Both the position numbers and the translations under genes were made by a program. 64,000 nt of DNA from the NCBI GenBank assembly GCA_050084515.1, contig CM114271.1, forward strand, positions 41,788,001-41,852,000, given 5' to 3'. Of this stretch, positions 50,601 through 63,399 are shown piece by piece. Position 1 is the stretch's first letter. Every line of letters starts with the position of its first letter. Under the pieces are notes generated by a model. That model made no database searches, was not told the DNA's origin, and was given only the letters and a program-made list of their open reading frames with translations. Source of the stretch: Blasia pusilla. Taxonomy: Eukaryota.

Positions 50601-51719
50601 GAGGATCCTATTGATGTGATTTTGATGCAATACACTTTGTTTTATTATCCTCTACACATAGGTTGGATTAAAAAACTGAGATCATTTTTTTGGGGATCTT
50701 TGCTGTAGGTATGTATCGTTCGTGGGCCCCAATCTGATTCATGAGTTCCACTCCAGAGTGAAACATCAAACCCTGAATCCTGTTTGGAATCCAATGCAGG
50801 TTTGTCTGCCGTGGTGTTCTCGCTAACATCCTCTACAAGTTGTTGTTCCTGTTGAAGATAGAGGCTGCTTTACCAAGCAATCGCATTTGTCTATCTGGTG
50901 TACTTTTTATTTTTTTGTGTGGATTTCTTTCCGAGATCTTTCCATAGACTAACCTTCTTGATTGCTGAATAAACAGGAGCTTCCAGTCTTGGTACTGAAT
51001 GTATTCCCCCTGCAGCGACTTGAGAGGGAATATGTGCTCGTTAGGGTATTAGATCGAGACTACACGTCTTCTGATGATACATTAGGTACAGGAGTGCTGG
51101 ATCTCATCTGCTCCAATTTCTTCTGACTCTGTCTGGAATGTTTCCTGTGCTATACGATTTGTAGAAATTCTTAGGATAGGAATCTGCTCTGCCCTTGGGT
51201 TGATTGATTCTAGTGCTGAATTAATGGAGATAACAGGTGATGTGAATTTTCCTACAATCAGTGGAACATGTGTCACATAATTCATCATGATTAGACTCGT
51301 GCTCTTGTGCAGAGTAATTTTCTCAAAGTTAGGTTTATCCTGATGCCCATCGAAAATAATAATTTGTATTCAAGGATAGGGATGTCCAGTCTGAACTGAT
51401 AAACCTGTACTAGATAAGGAGCAGCATCCATGATCAGTATTCGATGGATTGAGGTTTTGAATGTCTTTTATTTTCAGGTTATGCAGTCATTTCTTTAGCA
51501 AAGGCAGTGCAATCATTCAAGAGAGGACCCCTGGATACTGCCCACTTCAAAGTTCCTCTCACGCATCGAGGCCTACCAGCAGGCACACTTGAAGGAGGGA
51601 TGAAGCTGACATGGGAGAGAAATGTTGTAAGGCGAGGAACCTCAATCACCAGCTCATTTATTGGTAAAACACTGAGCTTCAAGGAATCCATCAGGAAGCG
51701 AGTGCTACCAGCGCGTTAA
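44618..51719 (+). CDS. Inositol polyphosphate 5-phosphatase flanked by N- and C-terminal C2 domains (about 20 exons; first exon and ATG uncertain)
   Basis: Hand-spliced open frame through exons 44905-45045, 45259-45333, 45727-45835, 46028-46098, 46452-46541, 46683-46748, 46949-47013, 47360-47447 and onward to 51478-51719. Motifs FVGTWNVG, VAIGSQE, NKGGV, FVNCHFAAH, FWFGDLNYRL, FAPTFK, PAWCDRVLW, SDHKPV; C2 motifs LRAKKLRASDINGFSDPYV, TLNPVWN, VLDRD..DDTLG. Confidence 0.9.
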
Positions 51720-52726
51720 TAGGGAAAGCAACGATCTTTGGCCTTTCTGTTAAGGAGCGAGGCCCTGGAGGAAACCTTCAGCTGAAGTGAGGCTCTCTCC
51801 TCATTGGTTTTAAAGGTGCAACGAAGTGGACATGGAAAACTGAGTATGTGCTGCATGAAACCCGTGGTCTTGCTATGAAACTGATTCCCTTCACAGTGTC
51901 CTTGGATTTGTGAGTGATGGCTGACATCCCTGACAATTATGCCAGGGTATATCTGTATGATAAATTGGGCCAATTGTGCTAAATATTCAGGTAGGGAGGC
52001 TTCAGTAATAGTGAAAAATTCTTGAATAGAGTGTGGTAAATTTAATCATACTTGTCCCTCTCTTTGAGTGGACTTCCCACGATGAAAGCTCTGTGAATTC
52101 GGTTGAGGCACATCAGCTGCCGACTCCACTGGGACCTACTCGAGCACTACAAGATGGTCTTTCCGTCTTGGCGACAGTGGCACATCGTAGGATGGTGTTG
52201 TGTATAATTGGTACTGTTTTAAAACTTTCCACTTGTAAACTAGCCGATAGAGTTTGATCATTGTAAGGTCAGGAAGTGCGATAATTCTTACTTTTGGTGT
52301 GGAACATCTGCAGGCATCTCGTAGTCTGTTTCTATTCTTCAGTAATTGCCCACTCGTGAGGCTCTCTTGTACTGTCAAGAAATCTTGACTATTGTTATGT
52401 CCAACAATTCCTGATGTAATTTAAATTGTATGTGCTCTTGGCACAGACTTTCTGGGGATCATGCACCCTATATAAGTAAAAACTGGCCTCGTCCAAAGTT
52501 ATGTAGGGGTCTTCTGAAGTGCTAGAATTGACTTTCATTTGTGCATACTTTCTTTCTATAGTTGCTGTGGAGCATCAGTACTTTTATTGGGTTGTGGCAT
52601 TCTTCTTCCACTTCATTCCTAAGAGATCAATAACATCTACATCTGCTGTGATGAGTTGAGGTCATATGGACCGGACTCGTTTAACCTGCAGTATTTCTGA
52701 CACCGCCTCATGTTTCTGTAGTGAAG

Positions 52727-52923
52727 TTGCCACTGTGAATGAATGAAGTAGATTCCTCGAGGACCAGAAAATGTCCTAACATCAACTGGCCTTTGCTAGG
52801 CCCTTTTGGCAATGCATCTCTTTTGCAATTGCCACTGTGAATGAATGAAGTAGATTCTGCGAGGAGCAGAATATGTTCTAACATCAAGTGACCTTTGCCT
52901 GGCCCTTTTGACATGCATCTCTT
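52727..52923. repeat. ~100-bp tandem duplication
   Basis: ttgccactgtgaatgaatgaagtagattc..gagga.caga..atgt.ctaacatcaa..g.cctttgc..ggcccttttg..atgcatctctt occurs twice. Confidence 0.85.
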
Positions 52924-53552
52924 GTGCGCCAGGTAGCATGATTGGCAATGTGTGAAACAAGCCCTACGTCCTTTTCGTGAGTTGCAACTAGGATGAACTT
53001 CAATAGTAGTGACATGGGCTCAATTGTTTGTTACACTTGCTGTGCTCTAACTTGGTGATAGATATTTGCTATGTGGCCACGGACCTCTTCCAAGATTACC
53101 TGATCAGCCTACCCGGAATCATTTTTGAATGAAAGAATGCCAATCCCCCGCCTTGACTGTTTGTCTTGTTTGTTTGCTGTGCGGTTTTAGGGATCTCAGA
53201 TTAATTGAGAAACATGGGATGTGTCCTCATGTCTGGAATCATTTTTATATCTTACAATGACGCCCCTCCTCGATCGTTCACTTCCCACATTGTGGTCACG
53301 TTGGTCAGAGATTGCATATTGTTCCAGATGAAAAGTCGGTTGTCTCATCTACTCGCTGGCTTTGGCGTCCGAACCGTTAGGGTGTATGCATTGTCTCCAG
53401 CATTGAAGTAATGAACCTTTGTTCTAACTGCGCTCCATTACAAGGGACAAAAGTTGGGAGTGGTCAAATTTCTTATTGGAAAATTATTCATGGGCTTCTA
53501 CTTTCATTATTAAGCGTGATCTATACAAGTAAGTGGCATGAGTCATATGTTA

Positions 53553-53728
53553 GAGTTCATTACTTGTTTGATTATAAAATTTTATAAAAAATAATTCGTA
53601 AGATCTCACTTTTCTATCATTGAGATAACCAGATTGTAAAATTCTCTGAGAGTCCATTACTTGTTTGATTATAAAATTTTATAGAAAATAATCCGTAACA
53701 TCTTACTTTTCTATCATTGAGATAACTT
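53553..53728. repeat. ~97-bp AT-rich tandem duplication
   Basis: cattacttgtttgattataaaattttata.aaaataat.cgtaa.atct.acttttctatcattgagataac occurs twice. Confidence 0.85.
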
Positions 53729-53775
53729 GATTTTATTCAAAATTCTCGTTTCATAAAAAAATGTTGACAGAAGAA

Positions 53776-53963
53776 TCTATACTATTAACAGGATGGGGTT
53801 AGAGAATCCCTCTTTGTCTTATCAACACTTATCCTAAGAGGGTTTTCCTAGCAATGACACGTGTCAACATCGGGATTAATAAATAAATGAATGAAGATGG
53901 GTCAATCAATTTATTTTTTCCCAAGTTTCATGTCACTCGTGCATAGCATGGGCGACATTCTAA
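53776..53963 (+). mobile_element. Short non-autonomous Helitron
   Basis: Starts A|TCTATACTATTAA; ends with an imperfect hairpin ctcgtgcatagcatggg, 7 nt, then CTAA|T (degenerate CTRR); sits between A and T. Confidence 0.55.
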
Positions 53964-54814
53964 TGATATTTATGGTATAGGGATTTGGTAAGATTTATTT
54001 TTAGCATCTTTACTATTATGCTTGTAATAGTAGTAATAATTGAAAATCATCTCTAAATCCCTGCTTGAAAAGAAGCTTCCGCTATGCCATCCTTCGTTTC
54101 CGTCCGAGCCGCCTCCCCTACCACCTTCCTATTTTGAAAGGAAAAACCTCTCTTTCCTCTTTTAATTCCTCCTTAACCATGCAGAGGTAAAATCTATATT
54201 CCCACCCCCCTCTCTATTACTCTTTAGCTCCCCAAAAGTGAGTGGATTTGGAGTGCCCCATTGTTTGCGCCTGTACATCCTGCTTTTTTTGACATGTGGT
54301 AGAGTTAGTTTAACCATGGGTTGCAAATGAAGAAGAGAATAATTTTTTTGTTATTTCCTTCTCTAATTGTTGTTAGAACAAAACGTTACAAGTCAACGAA
54401 CTATGATGTGACATACATGTATCAAAAGAAAGACCTTAGTTTGAGAGGATAAGAATGTCTCCTAAGACTTTTCTCGCTTCTTTATGTACTCTTGAGTGAT
54501 TCTCTCCTCCTACATCGAGGACCAATGAGATAAAGTCTCTCTAATCTCCTCCTTGTCGATCATGCACATTATTTCTTACACGCTTTCTATATATCTTCCT
54601 AATCCTATGGACCATCATGTTTTTGTGCCACATGGTTGCACAAAAATGGACAAGTTTGTTCGTATGACGGGCAAGTTTGGACATGTCCACAGACATTGAG
54701 ACTCCAATGCAATGGTTAAAGCCGTCCATACAAATCAACCACTTCTTTGTTTGAATCCCTTGCCTCACACATTGAAATTTGTGTAGGTTGTTTTGGGCAT
54801 ACACATACTTACAC

Positions 54815-55410
54815 CTTTGAGAACCAGATTTGGAACGCGACTAGCGTTTGGGGTTGGGATTGTGTTTCAGACCATAACATTTATTCCAAGATGCTTTTGG
54901 GACAAGTAAGGTAGCGTTGGAAAGCTTATGCAAAGCCAATTCCAACGTATCAATGATCTCAGCAAACGCACCAGCAGAGGCTAAGATATTGGTTAAAAAC
55001 GATTGTACAGTGAGTTGGGTTGAGGGCCAAAAAGAGGGGCATTTTCTTTTCTCCAAAGTTAGGGGGAGGGTGGAGATCCCCAAAATTACTAGTAAGGGGG
55101 AGTGTCTTCAAGGATGATTGGGACCCAAACCCAACCTTGGGGCGCCATGAGGCGGTTTAAGGGCACGGAATGGAACGAGAGTTTGGTGTTGGGACTCGAA
55201 TCCAAGGGTGTGGATTTCGGAAGCCACACTTGGATTCCAACCTGCGAATCATTTGAGTGATTCTCGATAAGAGACTTATTTGAGGTCCATTGGACAGTTG
55301 GGACCGCTAGGCGTGCAAACACCGTTTGAGGTTCTTGGATCCACCAGAAAGTCTGTCTTAAGTCTTGAGAGATTTGCCTATGTTCTAAAGCAAGAAACTA
55401 GGAAGGTTGA
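54815..55410 (+). repeat. Dispersed repeat (probably LTR-retroelement derived), homologous to ~63400-64000
   Basis: Shared blocks ggatttggaacgc.actag.gtttg, tactagtaaggggga, ggacccaaacc..ggcgcca, ggga(c/t)cgctaggcg.gcaa, gaaactaggaa. Confidence 0.75.
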
Positions 55411-58400
55411 GCTTGATGAGAGGCCGAGTCGAGAGCTCAGTGAGTTAGAGCGCTGATTGACCCAGACCTGACTAACGTAAGTGCGTGCTTAGGTTCAGAT
55501 CAGCAATGAGAACCTGTCTTATTGAACGCAAGCTTTTGCAACACTAAAGATTGACGTTCAAGGAGAGTAGGCACACGATACCCATACTAAATCTACAATG
55601 TTGTTGCTTGCATTCCTCAATCGATTCAACTTGCCATTGCTCCTATAAGGGCTCACACTCATATCTCCTGAATTAAGCCTTGATGTTATATGGAAGCACA
55701 TTGGGCCCAAGATTACACATGAACCCTCCCACATGTCATTGCTTGAAAGGTAATTTCTTGATATGATCCGCTGGTCCCTTCACTCCAATGTTAGGTTTAC
55801 ACTCATATTCAAGGGTGCTTCTTTGCATGGTATGTTTTATATTTTCAGTCCCAATTTCTTGAATAAATTTGAGTATATGTTTGCTAACCGCTGCTCCAAG
55901 AACCATGCACTACGGATTTTCCACCTAGGTCTTCTCATGGTTGTACAAAAACAGACAAGTCCATCTCTAGCATATACATGGATAAACAAGTTTGGACATG
56001 TCCACGAACATGGATTGCAAAAAGTGAGGCCCACACTTATAGTTCATGATGGAAGGCAAGACAAGGCAATGGTGGGCAAGGTACTAAGGGGAAGAGAGTG
56101 GAGGTGGGAGAAGGAAGAAACGAGAAAATGCAGATCAAGAAGGCAAGTGGAGGGATGAGAAAGAAGGGGGAGATGGGGCCCACATGGACAAGTCTTTCTA
56201 TAGGATGGATGTTAGTCCATGGATATGGACATGTCTCCAGATATGGATTTTTTCCATATGCAACCTTAGGTCTTTATAATACCATTTGACCCACGATCCA
56301 CAAGTCATAATGCTCTCCACTCATTACACAATTTTTGCCATGAAAATCTCAAGCCTACCTGATTAGAACTTGCAATCAAGATTTAGACGACGCAAATCTT
56401 TCCATAGTGAAACACACTCCTCTCTAAGATTTGGTGTGAGATTAGAACTTGGAGATAGATGTGACATTGCCAAGTTGAAATGTCGGATGGAGTTGGAGGC
56501 AATTGATTCCTATTGCCTCTGGGGAAAATTCGGATCTAAAGAAGGCCACTAAATCTAAAGAAGGCCACTAAAGCATGCCAGATCTTAGGACAAAAAAGGT
56601 TCAAGAGATTGTGCAAGCAACCCAGTTCCATGTGCAGCCTAAACTTTGGGAGCAATATGAGAAACCATAGAATAGCTCTACTTTCATGTGAGTAGATCTT
56701 TATGTACCAACATGAGAAACCATTTGAAATGGTTTTTGTTTGTATGAGTTATATGTCAAGGGTATGATGCTCCTTTTTCCAAGTATAAAAGATTTATTCA
56801 ACGTTGTCCATGCATATAGTAAGAACCAAATATAAATTTTGGTGGTGACATTTACAACAATCTTTTCTCAAGCCGCAAAGTTGGCCATTAGAGGAGCTTT
56901 GGCCTACCCTACTCTACGAAATACCAAACTAGTCCAAACAGCGTTGGAATGGGCATGCACTTTACCCCACAATCATTGTTGGTGAAGGCCTGGTTGGCAA
57001 CAAGTAGATTGTCAACCCTTATTGATCCCATGGCAAAGGTGGACACCTCTTTCACGGAAAGGGAGAAGGAAGAATCCACTGGCACTCTGGTTGAATTCCA
57101 AAGCAAGTGTGGAGGCTCAAAGGCACGAAGTAAGTGTTGAAATTTGTTAATATCTAGTTTAGTCATGCTCTAAAAATAGTTAGTCAGATACTAACTTAGT
57201 TGGATACTAATTTAGTTAGCTAGAGATAACTTAGTGTTCCTCTATCTTTTAGGGTAACCTTGAATTAGGCAATTTCGAGTTAGGTTAGCCACCATCATTA
57301 TTTAGGTATGGATCTGTTCAAGAAGATCTAAGGGCCGAAGTGCTCACCCTGATGTATATAATGTCTCTGTTTAGAGAGCAGAAGTCAATTCAAAGATGCA
57401 CAATTTTGGTGAGGACTCCTGAGGCTCTTGGTCCCGCTGCAGAGTGATCAGAGAGTAGGAAGAGGAGATTGAGACTAATTGCTGTGCTTGCTAGAGCCTC
57501 ACTGGAAGGCAGGTTGTTTTGTCTAGAATGCTGATGGAGATTGTTTGTGCTCAATGGTGAACCATGTCTGATCTCTGAGCTGGTGACATGTGAGGACCTG
57601 TAGTGTGAGTGCAAGGTGTGGCTGAGTAGAATCCTTCTTAGTATCTCTTAGATAGTAAGAAGAGTCACATCATGGTAGGGCTCTGATTTGGCAATAGAGA
57701 TAGGAACTGATTTGTTGATTGTGTACAAGCTGAAATCATGGATGGTCTAGCTGATGCTAGCTCTGACTTTGTACAAGGAGATACTTCTGCTGGTCAATCA
57801 TTTTCTCAGTAAGCACCAAGCAAGGTGTGCAAGAGAGTGAGGCAAGAAAAAATCAGCTGAGGAGCAGTCATAGCGTGAAGTCCGGTCAGCCTAGGTAGCA
57901 ATATGTTGGTCATTCAAATCAATCAATCAGTTGCAGAGCATGATTGAACTCCACTCACTTCAGGCCTCCATCTAGTCAACGAGGAAGCATGCGCTCATTT
58001 AAGGTCATTGTAGTCACCAAAGACTCCTCTTGATCTTAATCAAAGATAATGTGCATTAAGCATACAAATATATCTTGCATGGTTCAGACTTAATTTACAT
58101 ATGGGCCCCTGCATTAGTATTTCCTGATATCATACCCCAAAAGTTTGCCTCTGAGAGATGAAACCCACACTGGTCTCAGCAGCTACTGAAAATTTAATGG
58201 AAACAATTTTCAGATCGAAAAGCGAGCATTCCTTGGAGGTAGGGATAAGAGTATTCCAATTTGAATATTCACTGAATGATAACTTTTACAATACCTCCAT
58301 GGATGAGTTCGGTAAGAAGAAAGAACTAAAACTTACTATTAAGAACATCTTTGAAATGCACAGGACTACTCCAAGCTATTCTACTCCGCACATGAATTAA

Positions 58401-58531
58401 ACAAGAATTCTATCACAGATTGGTCCCCAGCTTGGAGTGCTTCCTTCTATAGGGTCCAACAAAGATTCAATGTAGGCCTTCATGCCCTCTCTATCCACGA
58501 AATGCAAGGAATCTACATCCAATTTGCATGT

Positions 58532-60277
58532 CTAAGAGCTTTGATCAGCATTCTTCTTTGCAAAGTAGGCGTCAGCTCGAGCTTGGTTCTTGAGGTAATG
58601 AGCGGGCAGCCACTTTTTCCGCCCAGGGACATCTATCATTGTGCAGCCAGAAGCCTCCAACTTTTCCTTAGCAGAGGATGAAAAAGCTCCTGCTTTGACT
58701 GATAACTTTGTGTTAAGCTCTCCTACACCCAAAACCTGGAGAGCCATTGCTGTTAGTAAATCAAATATTGGAACAAAAGCACAAGCTGCTTCCCGACTGA
58801 TACTTGACTTGTTGCCTACGCATTAGATGCATTATGCTGGAATAGAGATCACCCCATAGTGATTGTCCCAACCACAGTGCTGGAAGTATTTTTCATGTAG
58901 TAAGTGCATTCTCGGGATTTAACAAGCAGTTCATAAACCCTAATCTAGACCAAAGACGGAGAGAACTCAACTAAAACTCGTGGACATTGGGGTTTTTGAA
59001 TCGTACCTTTAATCTAAGTCTTGCCTCCCTTCCAGAGGGGTTAATCACACGTCTTGCTACTAGGGATTCCAAAGATACTTCCTCTCCTTCCGCGAACCCA
59101 GCATCGGCAATATCAGTAAGATTAACTGTCACAAACTTAGGTAGTCCTGCACCCATTCCTGCTCACCTCCAAAAATGGCCTCGATCAGAAGCGGAATGGA
59201 GACACATCCTTCACTTCTGAGATCCATGGTGCTTAGTGGTCATCCTACCGAGTAATTCCAATTTGCTAAAGGTATGGTAGAAACAAGATGATTAGGAGGA
59301 CACTGGCGAGAAAGTCGAGTCTAAATATCCATGATTGGCCCAAAGCCAAAAAGAAATTGAAACTGTTGCCAATCTAAACGTTCACGTTGCCCCAAAAATT
59401 CAAATCGGGAACAAGCATTCACCAGTCACAACTACATCTCCTGGCAGCCAGATAGAAGTTTTCTTCTGAGTCCTGCTAGCCCCGCAACAAACAATGGGAA
59501 CTGCAAGAATTCGGGAGAAAATTTTGGCAAGTTACCTCCAGAAATACCCTTCAACTTAGGAACCCTTCTGTAGAGGGGTGTTTGACCTCCTTCGAAACCA
59601 GGGCGCACGCCTGAACCTGACCTGGACTTCTGTCCACGCATGCCGAAACCACAACTAGCACCCTGACCAGCCGCAATACCTCTTCCCTTTCTCTTGTTCC
59701 TCTTTCTAGAACCAGGCTGAGGAGACAAGTTCCCGAGGCGGAATCTCTCTACAGAAGCAAGAGTCTCATTTCAATTCGCGAACAACTTACTTTTGTCGAC
59801 TTTCATTGTAAGCAGGTAGAACCGAGAGAACGGCATTCAATCAAAATCCGTAGAGAGCGAGACGTATTTTCCAATTCAAGAAACTCAATTCCACTCCCAG
59901 ATGCAGGACATAATTTCAACCAATCCAACTTACCTGTAACTTCTTCTACTTCGACTTCTGCCGTAGCCTGTGCTTTCACCAGGGCAGCTACTCTCTTCCT
60001 CTGCAGAGGCGCTGAAGACACAGATTTCTGCAGCTTCTGCCCCTTCCTGAATGGGCATGCTGCGGAACCTCCATTGACAGTCAATGCATTTCCCTGCATC
60101 CCACCAATGCGTAAATTACAAAGCATCCTCAATTGCAGCTGCGTAGTGATCATAACAGAAGTTCAACGGCGCACAAGAAGGACGGAAGAGTCTTCATGCC
60201 TGGAAGGCTCCACTGGCCTGTTGTAGGGAGGAGACGCTGGTGGCAGCAGAAGCGGTGAGCAGAGCGGCCATAGCCAT
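58532..60277 (-). CDS. RPL15: Plastid 50S ribosomal protein L15 (uL15c), nuclear-encoded with transit peptide; 5 exons (60277-60200, 60093-59934, 59748-59536, 59158-59007, 58735-58532)
   Basis: [86 protein letters not shown]; Ser/Ala-rich N-terminus [17 protein letters not shown]; consistent splice phases. Confidence 0.95.
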
Positions 60278-61494
60278 AACTGCGAGTCGCCGTTCCAATC
60301 GATCTTCCCTGCGACGGATCAGCAATCCTTACGCTGCTGTTGAAAACTAGGTCCCTCCAGTTTGTGTTGCACAGGAGAGGAGATGGGGATTCTTTTTTGG
60401 ATAAGGGTCCTGCTTCCTCTCTGTGTTCCATTCGGATATCCGGTGCCCTGCATGCCGCTTCTTTGGCCAGGCCACGTTGCGTTTCCGGCACTATATTGGG
60501 TGCCCGGTATTTATATCGTGGTTCGTTATTACGGACTAGTAGTTTTTTTTTTCGATGTATGGATGGAAATGAAACTATTTCTAATACTTCACAAATGGAG
60601 ATTACCATAAAATCATAAGGTATATTTTTAATTATAAAATTTCCACATTAATGGTATTTTTTCTTAGAATTATGAAATTTTAATTATACATTTTTTTAAA
60701 ACTCTCTTTTTCCTAAATTTAGAAGAACTTATTATCGTTATATATTCAACCCCATGCATCAATTATTTTGATCCAACTTTTTTCCCAAATATTTTTTGGA
60801 ATCTTGAAAAAATTTAAAAGCATAAATTAAAATCACTTTCATCCTTGAAAAGAATGACTGTTTTTTCACTATAAAATTGTGATATTTTCTCAAAATTTCC
60901 AAAATGAGATGTAATTTCCCCTCCAAAATTCATTTGAATTTACACATTTTTTCCAAAATATTGGAAAAATATTTTATTTTTTAAATATAAAAATATAGAA
61001 TAATTTTAAATTTTCATGAGGATTAAAATTTTATGAAATATCAAATTATAATTTTTTTATCATAATTACTTAAACCTCATCTCTGCTCAAGTTTTGGCTT
61101 AGTATAAGTAAAATTAAAGAGTTGAAAGGTTTAACACTTGGTATTCATTTGGAGCCTCTCAACCTAAGCTAACACCTATATCCCTAAGACCTATACTAAC
61201 ACCTATAACCGAAGACACGGTATGATGTCTAGCCCCTAACATTTGGGTCCCATGGACACTTGGGGACCATAAACGAAATCAATAAAGTGAATTGGACATG
61301 GAAAGTGGTGAAATTTGCTTGGAATATCGCAAAATAAAATCGGAACATGAGTTTTCGAGGTGGCGGAAGGGAATTCCACATGCCCAAACACAATTGGATA
61401 TGGAAATCATCACAAAGATACCATGATATCAGAAGCCCATGCGACTTGACTCTGAGGAGCTAATCCCATAAGTCGTGAGGACTTCTCTCATTGT

Positions 61495-62395
61495 TTGAGA
61501 AAATACTATATAGTGGTGCAAGATGAAGCAACAAAAAGGATTCCACGAAAACTTGCATTGCGTGGAAGCAAGGCGGAAGTCGTTGGGGCACGATCCTTTC
61601 TTCTCGGCCCTTGTATTCAACCACATTTGGCTAAAAAAAAACACGTCCCTACTTCATCCTTCACTCCTAGCATATTTGCTATTATTTTACATCTAGGAAT
61701 AGTTCCCATGGTGGGAAGGTTGGTCGAGGATCCACTACATGACATCTATACATACTTGAGTAGTGGGCAAATTGAAAATTGGTTGCAAGCATGCCATATC
61801 TTGGAGAACGGCGGGGCAAGTTTAGGAGAGTTGCACAAGATGAGATGTCATGCGTTGACATCAAATGTCATCCATCTTTTATCTTTTGGTTGCCCTACTT
61901 GTTACCATAGAGACTGTCCACAAATGTGGATTTTTGCATATTGATATTCAAGCTAGGAACATTTTCATCCATTTTGGATCCAAATCTGAGTCATATATCT
62001 GGGTTGGAGATTGGGGAAATACCTTATGGGATGATGAATGCTTAGTCTTGCCTCAGAGGTGGTGGCACCATGAAAAAAAAAACCCTATTGAGTAATTAGC
62101 AACGTACTTGACAACAAGGCCTAAGAACATTCCTTTCAACATAGCCACAAATATCTATGCGATAGGAATGATTTTGAAAAATTCAAACTATGTGACATAC
62201 AACCTTGTTCTCGAGGATGTTTATGCAAATGTTAGATGGAATTATTTGGATAGGATTCGAAAGTGGACATTAGCTCTAATTTCCTCTGATTGCAAAAGCC
62301 TAGAGTATATTATTGCACATATAAGAGCAGATGCAAAAATATTAGGTGTAGACGATATAGATTCGAGAATAAGACTATGTGCATATGCTCGTTGA
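61495..62395 (+). pseudogene. Degenerate protein-kinase-like sequence
   Basis: VHKCGFLHIDIQARNIFIH..IWVGDWG (catalytic loop HxDxxxxN plus DFG-like DWG); TNIYAIGMIL (subdomain IX-like); split across frames. Confidence 0.65.
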
Positions 62396-63399
62396 GTATA
62401 TGGTGATGGGATTTTTTTACCACGATAGTGTGACTATAAATCCGTTTTAGGATTGTATATTTTTCACAAGGAATATAAGATATGATTGAAAAATGTGAAT
62501 GTATGACTTTGAATGATTGTAAATGATCACGGATGTATGCTGCAAAATGGGTGCGGGCTTGGGTAGCCTAAATCTGTGCAACGGGCTCAACAGGCTCAGG
62601 TGCGGGCTTGGGTGCGGGCCACGGATATCCGAGCCCATACGAACATGTCCATCCCTAGAATGGACATAAGTGTGCGGATATGGACATGTCTATCGACACA
62701 GACTTTGTCCGTATGCAACCTTGGGAGCGTCATTAGGCCAACAAGAGCATGTTGGATTTTTGAGAAGCCTAAGAGACCTACTATCTTCTTTGGATGGAAA
62801 CTTAAAAAATCCATTGACGGAAGAGGAGATACATGAGTCATAACGCAAATAAAAATTAAGATTGAGTCCAATTGGGGGAGGGGACTTATGAGGACATAAA
62901 AGATGTTTTGAATGACCTTAATCTAGGTTGTAATATGAGTTTTTATTGGCCTAGAGAGACACTCACGAGACTGTGATACCTACCATTATAAAATTTTGAA
63001 GATTTAGGATTTACAATAGGGAATTGTAGACCAATTGAGGAGGTCATAATAGATTAGGAATCGTGCAAAAAACCATAAATTTTTATAAATTTGTATGTAT
63101 TAGGAGTAAAGTGGAATCATGTTGGGATTTTAGAAAATTACATGAGGAATGGATTCCAAGGATAGGACGAAGAAGTTAAAGAAGAAGATGTCGCGACCCT
63201 CATGGCCAAACAAGTGCCAAGCGGAACATCGGAACATTAGATGGTTTGCGCGTTGGAGTTGTCTAAAAGAGGAGACAAGAGACGAGACGCGAGCGAGGAG
63301 TCACGTTTCAGATGTTATGGTCGCGACTGAGAAACCTGGACCAAACGCGGAATGAGACTTGAAAGAAGTCGAGTCTAGGAAGTGGGTTGCCAAAGGAAA

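Noticed and set aside
52648-52700. Possible C/D box snoRNA (GTGATGA...CTGA)
   Set aside because: Very short, weak terminal stem, and no rRNA/snRNA complementarity that I could recognise.
57135-57990. Possible solo LTR beginning TGTTGAAAT
   Set aside because: No convincing 3' CA boundary, TSD or second copy found.
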